A stretch of 64,000 nucleotides of DNA from assembly GCA_025453395.1 (NCBI GenBank), contig JALOQK010000002.1, forward strand, positions 241,102 through 305,101, in the 5' to 3' direction. The translations under genes and the position numbers were made by a program. A model generated the notes under the pieces. It made no database searches and had not been told where the DNA came from. It worked only from the letters and a program-made list of their open reading frames with translations. This document shows positions 17,592 to 27,239 of this stretch, piece after piece (the first letter of the stretch is position 1; every line of letters starts with the position of its first letter). The DNA comes from Candidatus Omnitrophota bacterium. Lineage in GTDB: Bacteria > Omnitrophota > Gorgyraeia > Gygaellales > Profunditerraquicolaceae.

Positions 17592-18539
17592 TTATTTGCC
17601 CTCCTTTTTTATCCTGTATGCTAATCCCGCGATCATAGCGGCATTATCCATGCACAAAGCCTTAGAAGGAAAAAAAACTTTTACTTTTTCTTTCTCTGCC
17701 AAGCGCCTAAAGGTATCGCGTAAATAAGAATTTGCGGCTACGCCTCCTCCCACAGCAAGTGTTTTAATCTTCTTTTGGCGGCAGGCAAGCAAAGATTTCT
17801 CTATTAACGCGTCTACAACTGTTTTCTGGAAAGAATACGCCAGTTCGCCTTTGGAATATTTCTTAAGTTTGTTTTGCGTAATATAAAGGACAGCGGTTTT
17901 AATCCCGCTAAAACTAAAATCTAACGGCCTGCTGGTATTGGAGCATTTTAATTTCAAGAGGCTGTGATTTATTTCTCGCGCTTTTTTCTCAATTTCCGGT
18001 CCGCCGGGGTAGCCCAATTGTAACAATTTCGCCACTTTATCAAAGGCCTCTCCGCAGGCATCATCGCAAGTCTGCCCTAAAAGGGAAATATTTCTGAAAC
18101 TTTTAACCAAAAATAAGCTAGTATGCCCTCCTGATACCACTAATGATATAAAAGGCGGCTTCAGTTTTTGGTCAGTCAATACGCAGGCGTATATATGAGC
18201 GTAAAGATGGTTTACTTCCATCAAGGGGATTCTTTTGGCCAAGCTTAAGCCTCTGGCAAAAGATAATCCCACAAGCAATGACCCCAAAAGCCCGGGTGAG
18301 CAGGTAACCGCAATCAATCCTATTTTGTCCAGAGTAAGCTTTGCGCTTTCAAGCGCGCTTCTGGCTACTGAATCAATTACTTCAAGATGTTTACGCGAGG
18401 CGATTTCCGGGATCACGCCCGCGTATTTCTTATGCCACAAAAGGCTTGAAGAAGTATGACAGGAAAGAATATCAATTCCGTCTTTAACTACCGCGGCAGA
18501 AGTTTCATCACATGATGTTTCTATGCCCAGGACAAACAT
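17592..18539 (-). CDS. tsaD: tRNA N6-adenosine threonylcarbamoyltransferase TsaD
   Basis: MFVLGIETSCDETSAAVV N-terminus and the Kae1/YgjD metal-binding HxxH...GGVAAN. Confidence 0.9.
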   Translation of the reverse strand: MFVLGIETSCDETSAAVVKDGIDILSCHTSSSLLWHKKYAGVIPEIASRKHLEVIDSVARSALESAKLTLDKIGLIAVTCSPGLLGSLLVGLSFARGLSLAKRIPLMEVNHLYAHIYACVLTDQKLKPPFISLVVSGGHTSLFLVKSFRNISLLGQTCDDACGEAFDKVAKLLQLGYPGGPEIEKKAREINHSLLKLKCSNTSRPLDFSFSGIKTAVLYITQNKLKKYSKGELAYSFQKTVVDALIEKSLLACRQKKIKTLAVGGGVAANSYLRDTFRRLAEKEKVKVFFPSKALCMDNAAMIAGLAYRIKKEGK

Positions 18540-19342
18540 TATTTAGCGATTTGTGAAACAAACACCAGTTTAAACCCTTCTCTTTCCATTTTGGGAAGTT
18601 CTTCTTCGAGCAAAACAATTGTATTAGCGCGGTCATGGCCTATGCCTATGGCGTAACCAGAAACCCTGGCCTTTGCTTTTAGTTTATAGATCTGGTTTCT
18701 TACGTAGACAGCATTATTTTGATTATCCAAGAAAACATTTCTTTTGGCAAAAGCAACCCCTGCTTCTTTCGCCTGTTTTTGGCATACAGACTTATCTGAT
18801 ACAAGGCTGTCTAAGAAATACAGCCCCTTTTCTTTTAGTACCCCTAAGACAACCGCCATTGTTTGCTTTGAAGCCGTAGCTTTAGAACCCATATGGTTAT
18901 TTACTCCCTTTACCTCCCCCACATTTTTTAGGCTGTTTTCTATGATGTTTCTTATCTGTTTTTTGCTCATAGAGGTAACAATAGTATTGTTTTCCAGTTT
19001 ATAATTGCCGTACGGTTCAAGCGGAAGATGCAGTATGGTTTCAAATTTCATAGCGCGCGCTTCCCGCGCGATAAAAGAAGAATATGGAAGATTCGGTAAA
19101 ATTGCTATAGTAAGCGGGTATTTACTCAGGCCTCTTAAAGCTTCAAGATTGCTTTGATTATACCCCCAATCATCCAGGACAATGGCAATTTCGCCTTTTA
19201 TCTTTTCCTGTTTGAAGGCAACAGGCGGCTTCTTAATATGAGGCCTTGCTTTTGGCTGAGGCCTTAAGAACACAAATATGATTATCGCCTGGATCAGGAC
19301 TATTGCTGACAATATTATGATGATAATATTTTCTTTTTTCAT
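18539..19342 (-). CDS. Divergent polysaccharide deacetylase (YibQ-like) family protein with an N-terminal TM helix
   Basis: IAIVLDDWGYN...ILPNLPY...ILHLPLEP motifs, as in the YibQ family. Confidence 0.65.
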   Translation of the reverse strand: MKKENIIIIILSAIVLIQAIIIFVFLRPQPKARPHIKKPPVAFKQEKIKGEIAIVLDDWGYNQSNLEALRGLSKYPLTIAILPNLPYSSFIAREARAMKFETILHLPLEPYGNYKLENNTIVTSMSKKQIRNIIENSLKNVGEVKGVNNHMGSKATASKQTMAVVLGVLKEKGLYFLDSLVSDKSVCQKQAKEAGVAFAKRNVFLDNQNNAVYVRNQIYKLKAKARVSGYAIGIGHDRANTIVLLEEELPKMEREGFKLVFVSQIAK

Positions 19343-19344
19343 TC

Positions 19345-20598
19345 TTATTTCTTGTATATGCTTATTGCTTTTAGAACATCAATCGCGTGGTTAACCTGTT
19401 TGTCCGGCTTAAACTCAACTTCTTGCGGTTGAGCGTTTTTCTCCAAATCTTCAAAGATCTCATTCTTTAAGTCTTCAGAGGTTTTTTCTTTATCATTATT
19501 AGAAGTTTCTTCTTCTACTACTATGTCAGGGATAATGCCCTTGTTGTGTATTTCTCTTCCAAGCGGCGTAAAATATTTGCTGGTAGTTAATCTTAAGGCG
19601 CAGCCATCCCTTAAAGGAATAACCGACTGCACAGAACCTTTGCCAAAGGACTTTACTCCAAGTATGATGGCGCGTTTATAGTCTTGCATGCACCCGGCGA
19701 CAATTTCGCTTCCGGAAGCAGATCCCGCGTTAACAAGTATTACCATCGGTAAATCCACTAAGCTTGATTCTAAACGCGAAACAAACTCAAGGTTTTGTTT
19801 GTCTTGGCGGCCCTTAGTGGAAACTATTATTTTTCCTTTGGGGATAAATTTCTCACAGACCTTTACTGCCGCGTCTAAAAGGCCTCCGGGATTATTGCGC
19901 AAGTCAAGTATCAGAGAAGCCATACCTTTTTCTTTCAGCTTATCCAGGGCAGCCTGCAAATCCGCGCAGGTATTTTCTCTGAATTCTATAAGCTTGATAT
20001 AGGCTATTCCATCTTCCAATATCCTGGCTTCTTTAATATCTTTGATCTTGATAATATCCCGGATAACGGTAATATCTAATACTTTCTTTTCTTTTTCGCG
20101 TAGTATAGTTAAAGTAACAGGTTCTCCGGGCTTGCCGCGCATTTTCTTTACTGCGTCAGAAAGGGTTATATCCCGGGTTAGCTCTGTGTTTATTTTAACG
20201 ATGCGGTCGTTGGGCTTAATTCCCGCCTTCCAGGCAGGAGTGTCTTCAATAGGAGTAATTACGGTTAAAAGGCCTTTATCAATAGTAATTTCAATGCCTA
20301 AGCCGCCGAATTTACCTTCAGTATCAACTTTTAATTCATTATAAGAATCCGGGTCCATAAATTGGCTGTAAGGGTCCAGGCTTGAGATCATTCCCTTTAG
20401 CGCCCCGTAGATAAGCTGTTTAGGGGAAGTTTCGTTGACATACTCAGCTTTAACAATAGCCAGAGTATTAGAAAAAAGTTCGACTTGTTTGTAAAGGTCG
20501 TCTTTTTTATCCTGTTTATCCGCAGCCCAGGAGAAACAAGCTGCCGCGATAATAATTGCCGTGATTACAAATAAAAACGCTGTTAGCTTTTTAAGCAT
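19345..20598 (-). CDS. ctpA: Carboxy-terminal processing protease (S41, PDZ-containing)
   Basis: Signal/anchor, PDZ domain, and the S41 catalytic region GSASGSEIVAG...K. Confidence 0.85.
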   Translation of the reverse strand: MLKKLTAFLFVITAIIIAAACFSWAADKQDKKDDLYKQVELFSNTLAIVKAEYVNETSPKQLIYGALKGMISSLDPYSQFMDPDSYNELKVDTEGKFGGLGIEITIDKGLLTVITPIEDTPAWKAGIKPNDRIVKINTELTRDITLSDAVKKMRGKPGEPVTLTILREKEKKVLDITVIRDIIKIKDIKEARILEDGIAYIKLIEFRENTCADLQAALDKLKEKGMASLILDLRNNPGGLLDAAVKVCEKFIPKGKIIVSTKGRQDKQNLEFVSRLESSLVDLPMVILVNAGSASGSEIVAGCMQDYKRAIILGVKSFGKGSVQSVIPLRDGCALRLTTSKYFTPLGREIHNKGIIPDIVVEEETSNNDKEKTSEDLKNEIFEDLEKNAQPQEVEFKPDKQVNHAIDVLKAISIYKK

Positions 20599-22030
20599 TA
20601 TCCAGCCTCCGTTTTAAAAGTTCCTGGGCTATCTTAGGATTGGCTTTACCTTTTGATTTTTTCATTACTTGGCCCACTAAAAACATAAGCGCGTTGGTTT
20701 TGCCGGCTTTATAATCATTTACCGAAGCGGTGTTTTCCTTGATAACCTGATCTATTTTACTTTCCAGTTCTGACGCATCTGATATCTGAAAAAGGCTTTC
20801 TTCCTGTATTATTTGCGACGCGGGTTTCTTGGCGGCTATTGATCTGCTAAAGACTGATTTAGCGGTTAAATTAGAAATTTTCTCTTCTTCTATAAATTGA
20901 ACAAGCTTGATCAGCTCTTCATTGCCGCCTGGAATCTCTAATAAATGCGGCGGGGTATTTAATTTTCCCGCCTCTTCTAATACCGGGCCAATATACCAAT
21001 TAATCATAGCTTTTTTATTTTTTATCGGATATCTGGCTATTGCTGATTCGGCGGCTGCAGCGAACTTATGGCTTGCGCAAAGAATCTTAGCTTCGTATTC
21101 GCTGGTTGCGTATTCTTTCATAAAACGTTTGATTTTCTCTTGCGGCAGTTCTGGGATAGTTTCTTTTATCTTTTGGATTTTATTAGAAGCAATAATAAAT
21201 GGCGGTAAATCTGGCTCAGGAAAATAGCGGTAATCCTTGGCCTCTTCCTTGCTTCTCATGGAAGATGTAGTCATGGTTTTAGCATCCCAAAGCAGGGTTT
21301 CCTGCAGGATCTTTTCCCCGGCTTCGGACATTTTTATTTGCCTTTTTATCTGGTATTCAAGGGCGTCTTTTACGCCTTTGAATGAGTTCATGTTTTTTAT
21401 TTCAGTTTTTACCCCCAGCTCTTTAGAGCCTTCAGGTCGGATAGAAACATTGGCATCGCAACGAAGTGAGCCCTTTTCCATATCGCAATCCGATACTTCT
21501 AAATATTCCAATATGCTTTTTAGGGTGGATAAGTATTCATACGCTTCTTGAGGGCTGTGCATATCCGGATCGCTTACGATTTCAAGCAAGGGCACTCCTG
21601 CGCGGTTAAAATCCACAAGGCTTGAGCTGGATTTATGGATAAGTTTGCCTGCGTCTTCTTCCAGATGCGCGCGGGTTATGCCAATGCGCCTTGTCTTTCC
21701 ATCAAGGGTTATTTTCAGGAAGCCTTTGCCAGCTACAGGAAGATCATACTGCGAGATCTGGTAATTCTTGGGCAGGTCGGGATAAAAATAATTCTTGCGG
21801 TCAAACTTGGTAAACTCATTGATTTTGCAGTTTAATGCCAGGCCGGTTTTTATCGCAAAATCAAGGGCAGTCTCATTTAAAACCGGCAGCGACCCCGGAA
21901 ACCCCAGGCATACCGGGCAGGTTTGTGAATTAGGGCTTTTGCCGAATTCCGTGGAGCATGCGCAAAAGGCCTTGCTTTTGGTTTTTAAATGAACGTGCAC
22001 CTCTAATCCAATAACTGGTTGATAGTTCAT
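20591..22030 (-). CDS. gatB: Asp/Glu-tRNA amidotransferase subunit B
   Basis: MNYQPVIGLEVHVHL N-terminus and a full-length GatB. Confidence 0.95.
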   Translation of the reverse strand: MNYQPVIGLEVHVHLKTKSKAFCACSTEFGKSPNSQTCPVCLGFPGSLPVLNETALDFAIKTGLALNCKINEFTKFDRKNYFYPDLPKNYQISQYDLPVAGKGFLKITLDGKTRRIGITRAHLEEDAGKLIHKSSSSLVDFNRAGVPLLEIVSDPDMHSPQEAYEYLSTLKSILEYLEVSDCDMEKGSLRCDANVSIRPEGSKELGVKTEIKNMNSFKGVKDALEYQIKRQIKMSEAGEKILQETLLWDAKTMTTSSMRSKEEAKDYRYFPEPDLPPFIIASNKIQKIKETIPELPQEKIKRFMKEYATSEYEAKILCASHKFAAAAESAIARYPIKNKKAMINWYIGPVLEEAGKLNTPPHLLEIPGGNEELIKLVQFIEEEKISNLTAKSVFSRSIAAKKPASQIIQEESLFQISDASELESKIDQVIKENTASVNDYKAGKTNALMFLVGQVMKKSKGKANPKIAQELLKRRLDNA

Positions 22031-22032
22031 AG

Positions 22033-23487
22033 TTATATTTTAGGTTTAACCTTATACAGCTGTGCATCCTGTTGATATATGTAAGCTACGCGCAAAAGCA
22101 TTTCTTCATCAAATGCCTTTGCCATAAGCTGCATTCCAATAGGAAGATTAGATTTGGTAAAACCGCAAGGTATGGATATAGCCGGGATCCCCGCCAAATT
22201 AGCTGAAATGGTATAGACGTCGGATAAATACATTTTTAAAGGGTCGCTTATCCTCTCGCCTATCTTAAACGCAGGCGTTGGCGAAGTAGGCGTGATGATG
22301 CAGTCGCATTCCTTAAAAACCGCGTCAAAATCATTTTTGATCAGCGTCCTGACTTTCATCGCGCGCAGATAATAGGCATCATAATAACCATGCGATAACA
22401 CGAATGTGCCTAAAATAATCCTTCTTTTGGCCTCTATCCCGAATCCATCTTGGCGGGTATTTTTATACATATCCATTAGATTTGATGACGCGCTGCGCAA
22501 TCCATACTGCACAGCGTCAAAACGCTCCAGATTTGAACTGGCTTCAGCGGTTGCCACAATATAATATACTGGCACGGCATATTGAGTATGCGGCAGGCTT
22601 ATATCTTTTATTATCGCGCCTAAACTTTTGAGTTTCTCTTTTGCTTCTTGTATCTTTGCTTTTACTTCTGTGTCTAAACCTTGCACAAAGTATTCTTTGG
22701 GCATGCCAATCTTAATCCCCTTGATGTCCGCCCCGAGTATCTTAGTGTAATCCGGAACAGGCATATCCGCTGATGTGGAATCCATGGGGTCATGCCCGCT
22801 TATGTATTTTAGCAATAAAGCGCAATCTTCAACATTCTTGGTGATCGGGCCTATCTGATCAAGGCTGGAGGCAAAAGCGATTAATCCATAGCGTGAAATC
22901 CTGCCATATGTAGGCTTTAGTCCTACTACCCCGCAGAAAGAAGCGGGCTGGCGTATGGAGCCGCCGGTATCTGAACCTAAAGCAAAAAAAGCCTCGCCTG
23001 ATGAGACTGCGGCCGCCGAACCTCCGGAAGAGCCCCCGGGAACACAACTTAAATCCCAGGGGTTATGAGTTACGCCGAAAAAGGAATTTTCTGTGGATGA
23101 GCCGAAGGCAAACTCGTCCATATTAGTTTTTAGTTCAAATATGCTGGCACCCGCTTGCTTTAATTTGCCTACTACCGTGGCGTCGTAAGGCGGCTTAAAT
23201 TTATCAAGGATTCTTGAACAGCATTGCGTAAGGCTGCCTTTTGTGCAGATGTTATCTTTAACAGATATGGCAAGGCCTTTAAGGGGAAGCGTTGATTCGC
23301 CGTGCTCTTCTTGCTGGGTTTGTTGCGAGAGATCATTTCTGCGCACATAGGCGTTGGTTTTATCTCCTATAGACTTGATCCTCTGCCTCAATTCTTGATT
23401 ATAATTTAAGCCAGAAGCCTTTTTCTGATGAATCAAATCTAGGATTTCAGTAACGCTTAAATGTATATTTTCCATTAGCTTATTCAA
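22033..23487 (-). CDS. gatA: Asp/Glu-tRNA amidotransferase subunit A (amidase)
   Basis: Amidase signature [11 protein letters not shown] and the Ser-cisSer-Lys triad region. Confidence 0.95.
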   Translation of the reverse strand: MNKLMENIHLSVTEILDLIHQKKASGLNYNQELRQRIKSIGDKTNAYVRRNDLSQQTQQEEHGESTLPLKGLAISVKDNICTKGSLTQCCSRILDKFKPPYDATVVGKLKQAGASIFELKTNMDEFAFGSSTENSFFGVTHNPWDLSCVPGGSSGGSAAAVSSGEAFFALGSDTGGSIRQPASFCGVVGLKPTYGRISRYGLIAFASSLDQIGPITKNVEDCALLLKYISGHDPMDSTSADMPVPDYTKILGADIKGIKIGMPKEYFVQGLDTEVKAKIQEAKEKLKSLGAIIKDISLPHTQYAVPVYYIVATAEASSNLERFDAVQYGLRSASSNLMDMYKNTRQDGFGIEAKRRIILGTFVLSHGYYDAYYLRAMKVRTLIKNDFDAVFKECDCIITPTSPTPAFKIGERISDPLKMYLSDVYTISANLAGIPAISIPCGFTKSNLPIGMQLMAKAFDEEMLLRVAYIYQQDAQLYKVKPKI

Positions 23488-23794
23488 TTATTTTTGCTAC
23501 TTTAAAGAACTTCTCTTCTGTTTCCGGGGCGTTAAGAAGCGCCTCATCAATGGGTAATGATTCTTTTACGGTATCGCTTCTTAACACGTTATTTAAAGGC
23601 AGGATATGGCTTGTGGGGGGTATTTGGTTAATATCTGCTTTCTTTAAGGTATCAATGAAATTGACTATTCCCTCAAGCTGTATAGCTAAGCCAGAAGCTT
23701 CTTCTTGTGAAAGTTCAATGCGCGCCAGTTTCGCGGATAGTTTTACAGTATCTTTATTAATGCCCATTTTTGTCCCTGTTTTAAGAATTTTCAT
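23480..23794 (-). CDS. gatC: Asp/Glu-tRNA amidotransferase subunit C
   Basis: About 100-aa GatC, in gatC-gatA-gatB order with overlapping stop and start codons. Confidence 0.8.
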   Translation of the reverse strand: MKILKTGTKMGINKDTVKLSAKLARIELSQEEASGLAIQLEGIVNFIDTLKKADINQIPPTSHILPLNNVLRSDTVKESLPIDEALLNAPETEEKFFKVAKIIE

Positions 23795-23872
23795 ATTTTA
23801 ACATTATTATTACCTTAAGTCAAAATAATAAAATATATAGACAAAATCCAGGAACACGCTAAAATAGTCTGC

Positions 23873-26800
23873 ATGAAAAAGCCAAGCTTTCAACTTTCTA
23901 AAACCGGCGAATTTGTCATCACAAACTATAATCACGCCAAGCCTTTTGCCAATTTCTTTCCCGCGATAGCGGGTTGTTTTGGCATTCCCATTTGGGTTTT
24001 CTACGTTAATCGCGGGCAGTGCATCGCCAGCCTAGGCACTAAAGATAAGGACCACGCCATAATGGAGTTCTCGCCTGCCAATAAAGCCTGGCAGCATACC
24101 TCTTTGCAGGGGTTTCGCACTTTTTTGAAGATAAGCCGCGGTAAAAGCAATCTTTTTTATGAGCCGTTCCACAATGGATTCTCTAATTTGCCATATACAA
24201 TAGAGAACAAAATGAAGGTATCCTCCTATGGTTTAAAAATAGAAGAAACAAACTATACTTTAGGCGTTCAAACCGAAGTAGAATATTTTACCCTGCCCAA
24301 CGACAGCTTTGGCGCTTTAGTGCGCGCTGTTACCATACGCAATATCTCAAAAAGAAATCAGCATATTCAGATGTTAGACGGTGCTTCCCAGATAATACCG
24401 TTTGGAATGAATAACTGGCTGATGAAAGAAATGAGCCGCACTATTGAAGCCTGGATGGTGGTTGATAATTTAAAGCAAAAGGCCGCATTCTTGCGGCTTC
24501 TTGTTGACCCCTCTGACCGCCCGGAAGTAACCCACATAAAAGAAGGTAATTTTTATTTTGGCGCAACTGATGAAAATTCCCAGATGCTTCTTTTAGACCC
24601 GATAGTTGACCCGGATGTTATTTTCGCAGAGGTAACCGACTTCTCTTGCCCGGCATCTTTTTTGCGCGGCAAAGATTTCCTCCCGGATCTTTCAAGACAG
24701 GCTGTAAAAAATAAGATCCCCTGCGGTTTTATCCACAGCGCATTTAATCTTAAAACCAATGAAGATAAGATATTTTATTCCATGCTGGGGTATGCTTTTA
24801 ACGTGGATGCCTTAAACAAGGCATTGAAGCGTATGCTCAGTCCGGGATATTTAAGCCGTAAGCGCGATGAAAATCAAGCTATTATTAGCGGCATTACTCA
24901 GATGATTGAAACAAAAAGTTCTTCCTTGGCTTTTGACTTTTATGCCAAGCAGACTTTTCTGGATAATATTATGCGCGGTGGGCTGCCTCTTACCTTAGAA
25001 ACCGGGGATAAAAAGCATATTTTTTACCTGTATTCGAGAAAACACGGAGATCTGGAGCGCGATTATAATCGTTTCCAAATTCAGCCGACCTATTTCTCCC
25101 AGGGCAATGGTAACTACCGCGATATCAACCAAAACCGACGTCTTGACTGCTGGTTTAACCCGCTGGTAAAGGAAAACAATATCGTTTCTTTCTTGAATCT
25201 GATTCAAACTGACGGGTTTAACCCTTTAGTGGTTAAGGGCGTAAGTTTTCTTATCCAAGATCAGGATCTGCTTCGATCACGATTAAAATCTTTTGTGCGG
25301 GGAGAAGATGAAAAAACCCTGATTGATTTCTTTGCCAAGCCGTTTACCCCTGGAGACCTGGCTCAGCTTATACTGGAGAAGGATATCAAGCTTTTTTCTT
25401 CTTTAGAAAATTTTATCGGCCAGATACTATCTTTGTCGGTTGAGTATCAAGAGGCTGAACATGGCGAAGGTTTCTGGATTGACCACTGGGCGTATAATCT
25501 GGACCTTCTGGAAAATTATTTCTCCATGTATCCCGAAGACAAATTAAATTTATGTTTTGAAAAGAAAATCTTTACTTTTTTTGATAATAGCGAGGTGGTT
25601 AAGCCGCGCGCTGAGAAATACCTGCTTTATCACGGACAGCCAAGGCAATTACACTGCGTGGGAGTTGATTCCCATAAAAAAGAATTGATCAAAAAGCGCC
25701 ATAGCCTTTCCCACGCAATGCACTCTGGATATGGAACAGCAGATATTTATACCACCAGCCTCTTTGCTAAGCTTTTGTGCTTGTTCGTGAATAAAATGTC
25801 CTCTCTTGACCCGTTTGGGGCAGGCATTGAAATGGAAGCAAATAAACCCGGCTGGTATGATGCCTTAAACGGGCTTCCGGCTTTATTTGGCTCATCATCC
25901 TGCGAGACCTTTGAATTAAAGCGCCTGATCCTCTTTTTAAAGGATATCGTGGATCTGGGGCCTAACATGAGAATACAGATTTCGGAAGAAGTAATTGATT
26001 TTATCTTTAGCCTTGACCCTATTATAAAAGAAAGCCTGCAGAGCGATTCCAATGAAAAAGACTATGTCTATTGGGATAAGGCAACCAGCCTTAAAGAGGC
26101 TTACCGTAAAAAGACCATTCTTGGATTTAGCGGAAATGATATTCAGATCTTAGCAAAAGATGTATTGCCTGTTTTGGATAATGCCTTAAAGAAAATTGAC
26201 TCGGCTATTAACAAGGCCTATGATCCTAAAGCAAAGATGTACTACGCGTATTTTATGCACGAGGTAGTTGAATTTTCCCAGTTGGAGCATGGGTTTATCA
26301 AGCCGCTTAAGTTCAGGCAAATAAGATTGCCCTTTTTCTTGGAATCTCAAGTGCACGCTTTGCGATTAGCTTCTGATGAAAAGCAGGCTCGCCAATTGCA
26401 TCAGGCAGTTATGAAAAGCGCTCTTTACGATAATAAACTTAAAATGTATAAGGTAAACGCCCCGTTATCTGCTATGCCTGAAGAAATCGGCAGATGCCGC
26501 GTGTTTACTCCCGGCTGGCTTGAAAATGAATCTATATGGCTGCATATGGAGTATAAGTATTTGCTTGAACTCTTAAAGCAGGGGCTTTATGATGAATTTT
26601 ACGCTGATTTTAAGAATGTGCTGATCCCCTTTCTTGACCCTTTTGTCTATGGAAGAAGTATATTAGAAAATTCTTCTTTTATCGTGGGAAGCGCCTATTT
26701 TGACAAAAAATTACATGGAGCTGGTTTTGTGGCGCGGCTATCCGGCTCAACGGCAGAATTTTTGCAGATCTGGCTTTTAATCAATACCGGCAAACAGCCA

Positions 26801-27097
26801 TTCTTTATGGATAACAAAGGCCAGCTTGCTTTACGTTTTCAGCCCGCGCTTGAGGCTTGGATGTTTGATAAAAAAACCGGCAGTTATTCTTTTAAATTTT
26901 TGAATAAAACTATGGTTACTTATCACAACCCAAAAAGAAAGAATACCTTTGGGGCAAATATGGCGCAGGTTAAGAAAATCACCTTCCTTGATAAAAATGC
27001 CAAACTTATAGAAATAGAATCATCTTTTATCTGTCCGCCTTACGCCGAACAAATCAGGTCCTGCCAAATTGGGAAAATAGACATCTATTTAGGATAA
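23873..27097 (+). CDS. Large cytoplasmic GH94-like glycoside phosphorylase superfamily protein (1074 aa)
   Basis: This is the only plus-strand gene. The N-terminus GEFVITNYNHAKPFANFF parallels cellobiose-phosphorylase EYVITxPxTPxPWxNYL. GNGNYRDINQN parallels GMGFRDSNQD, and GWYDALNG parallels the catalytic-region WNDCLN. No signal peptide. Confidence 0.5.
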   Translation: MKKPSFQLSKTGEFVITNYNHAKPFANFFPAIAGCFGIPIWVFYVNRGQCIASLGTKDKDHAIMEFSPANKAWQHTSLQGFRTFLKISRGKSNLFYEPFHNGFSNLPYTIENKMKVSSYGLKIEETNYTLGVQTEVEYFTLPNDSFGALVRAVTIRNISKRNQHIQMLDGASQIIPFGMNNWLMKEMSRTIEAWMVVDNLKQKAAFLRLLVDPSDRPEVTHIKEGNFYFGATDENSQMLLLDPIVDPDVIFAEVTDFSCPASFLRGKDFLPDLSRQAVKNKIPCGFIHSAFNLKTNEDKIFYSMLGYAFNVDALNKALKRMLSPGYLSRKRDENQAIISGITQMIETKSSSLAFDFYAKQTFLDNIMRGGLPLTLETGDKKHIFYLYSRKHGDLERDYNRFQIQPTYFSQGNGNYRDINQNRRLDCWFNPLVKENNIVSFLNLIQTDGFNPLVVKGVSFLIQDQDLLRSRLKSFVRGEDEKTLIDFFAKPFTPGDLAQLILEKDIKLFSSLENFIGQILSLSVEYQEAEHGEGFWIDHWAYNLDLLENYFSMYPEDKLNLCFEKKIFTFFDNSEVVKPRAEKYLLYHGQPRQLHCVGVDSHKKELIKKRHSLSHAMHSGYGTADIYTTSLFAKLLCLFVNKMSSLDPFGAGIEMEANKPGWYDALNGLPALFGSSSCETFELKRLILFLKDIVDLGPNMRIQISEEVIDFIFSLDPIIKESLQSDSNEKDYVYWDKATSLKEAYRKKTILGFSGNDIQILAKDVLPVLDNALKKIDSAINKAYDPKAKMYYAYFMHEVVEFSQLEHGFIKPLKFRQIRLPFFLESQVHALRLASDEKQARQLHQAVMKSALYDNKLKMYKVNAPLSAMPEEIGRCRVFTPGWLENESIWLHMEYKYLLELLKQGLYDEFYADFKNVLIPFLDPFVYGRSILENSSFIVGSAYFDKKLHGAGFVARLSGSTAEFLQIWLLINTGKQPFFMDNKGQLALRFQPALEAWMFDKKTGSYSFKFLNKTMVTYHNPKRKNTFGANMAQVKKITFLDKNAKLIEIESSFICPPYAEQIRSCQIGKIDIYLG

Positions 27098-27142
27098 TAA
27101 CCAATTTACCAAATCCCAAGTTGCAAACAATATCCAATAATC

Positions 27143-27238
27143 AATAACCAAATGCCAAACGGTTTGATTATTGGAAAATTGGTAATTGGTTATTATTTGG
27201 TGATTGGAATTTGATTATTGGTTATTTTAATGATTGCT
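27143..27238. terminator. Hairpin and tandem-repeat region between convergent genes (candidate bidirectional terminator)
   Basis: Stem ccaataatcaataacc/ggtttgattattgg (27143..27194), followed by repeats of ttgattattgg, ttggtaattgg and ttggtgattgg. It lies between the stops of the GH94-like gene and the outer-membrane protein gene. Confidence 0.4.
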
Positions 27239-27239
27239 A

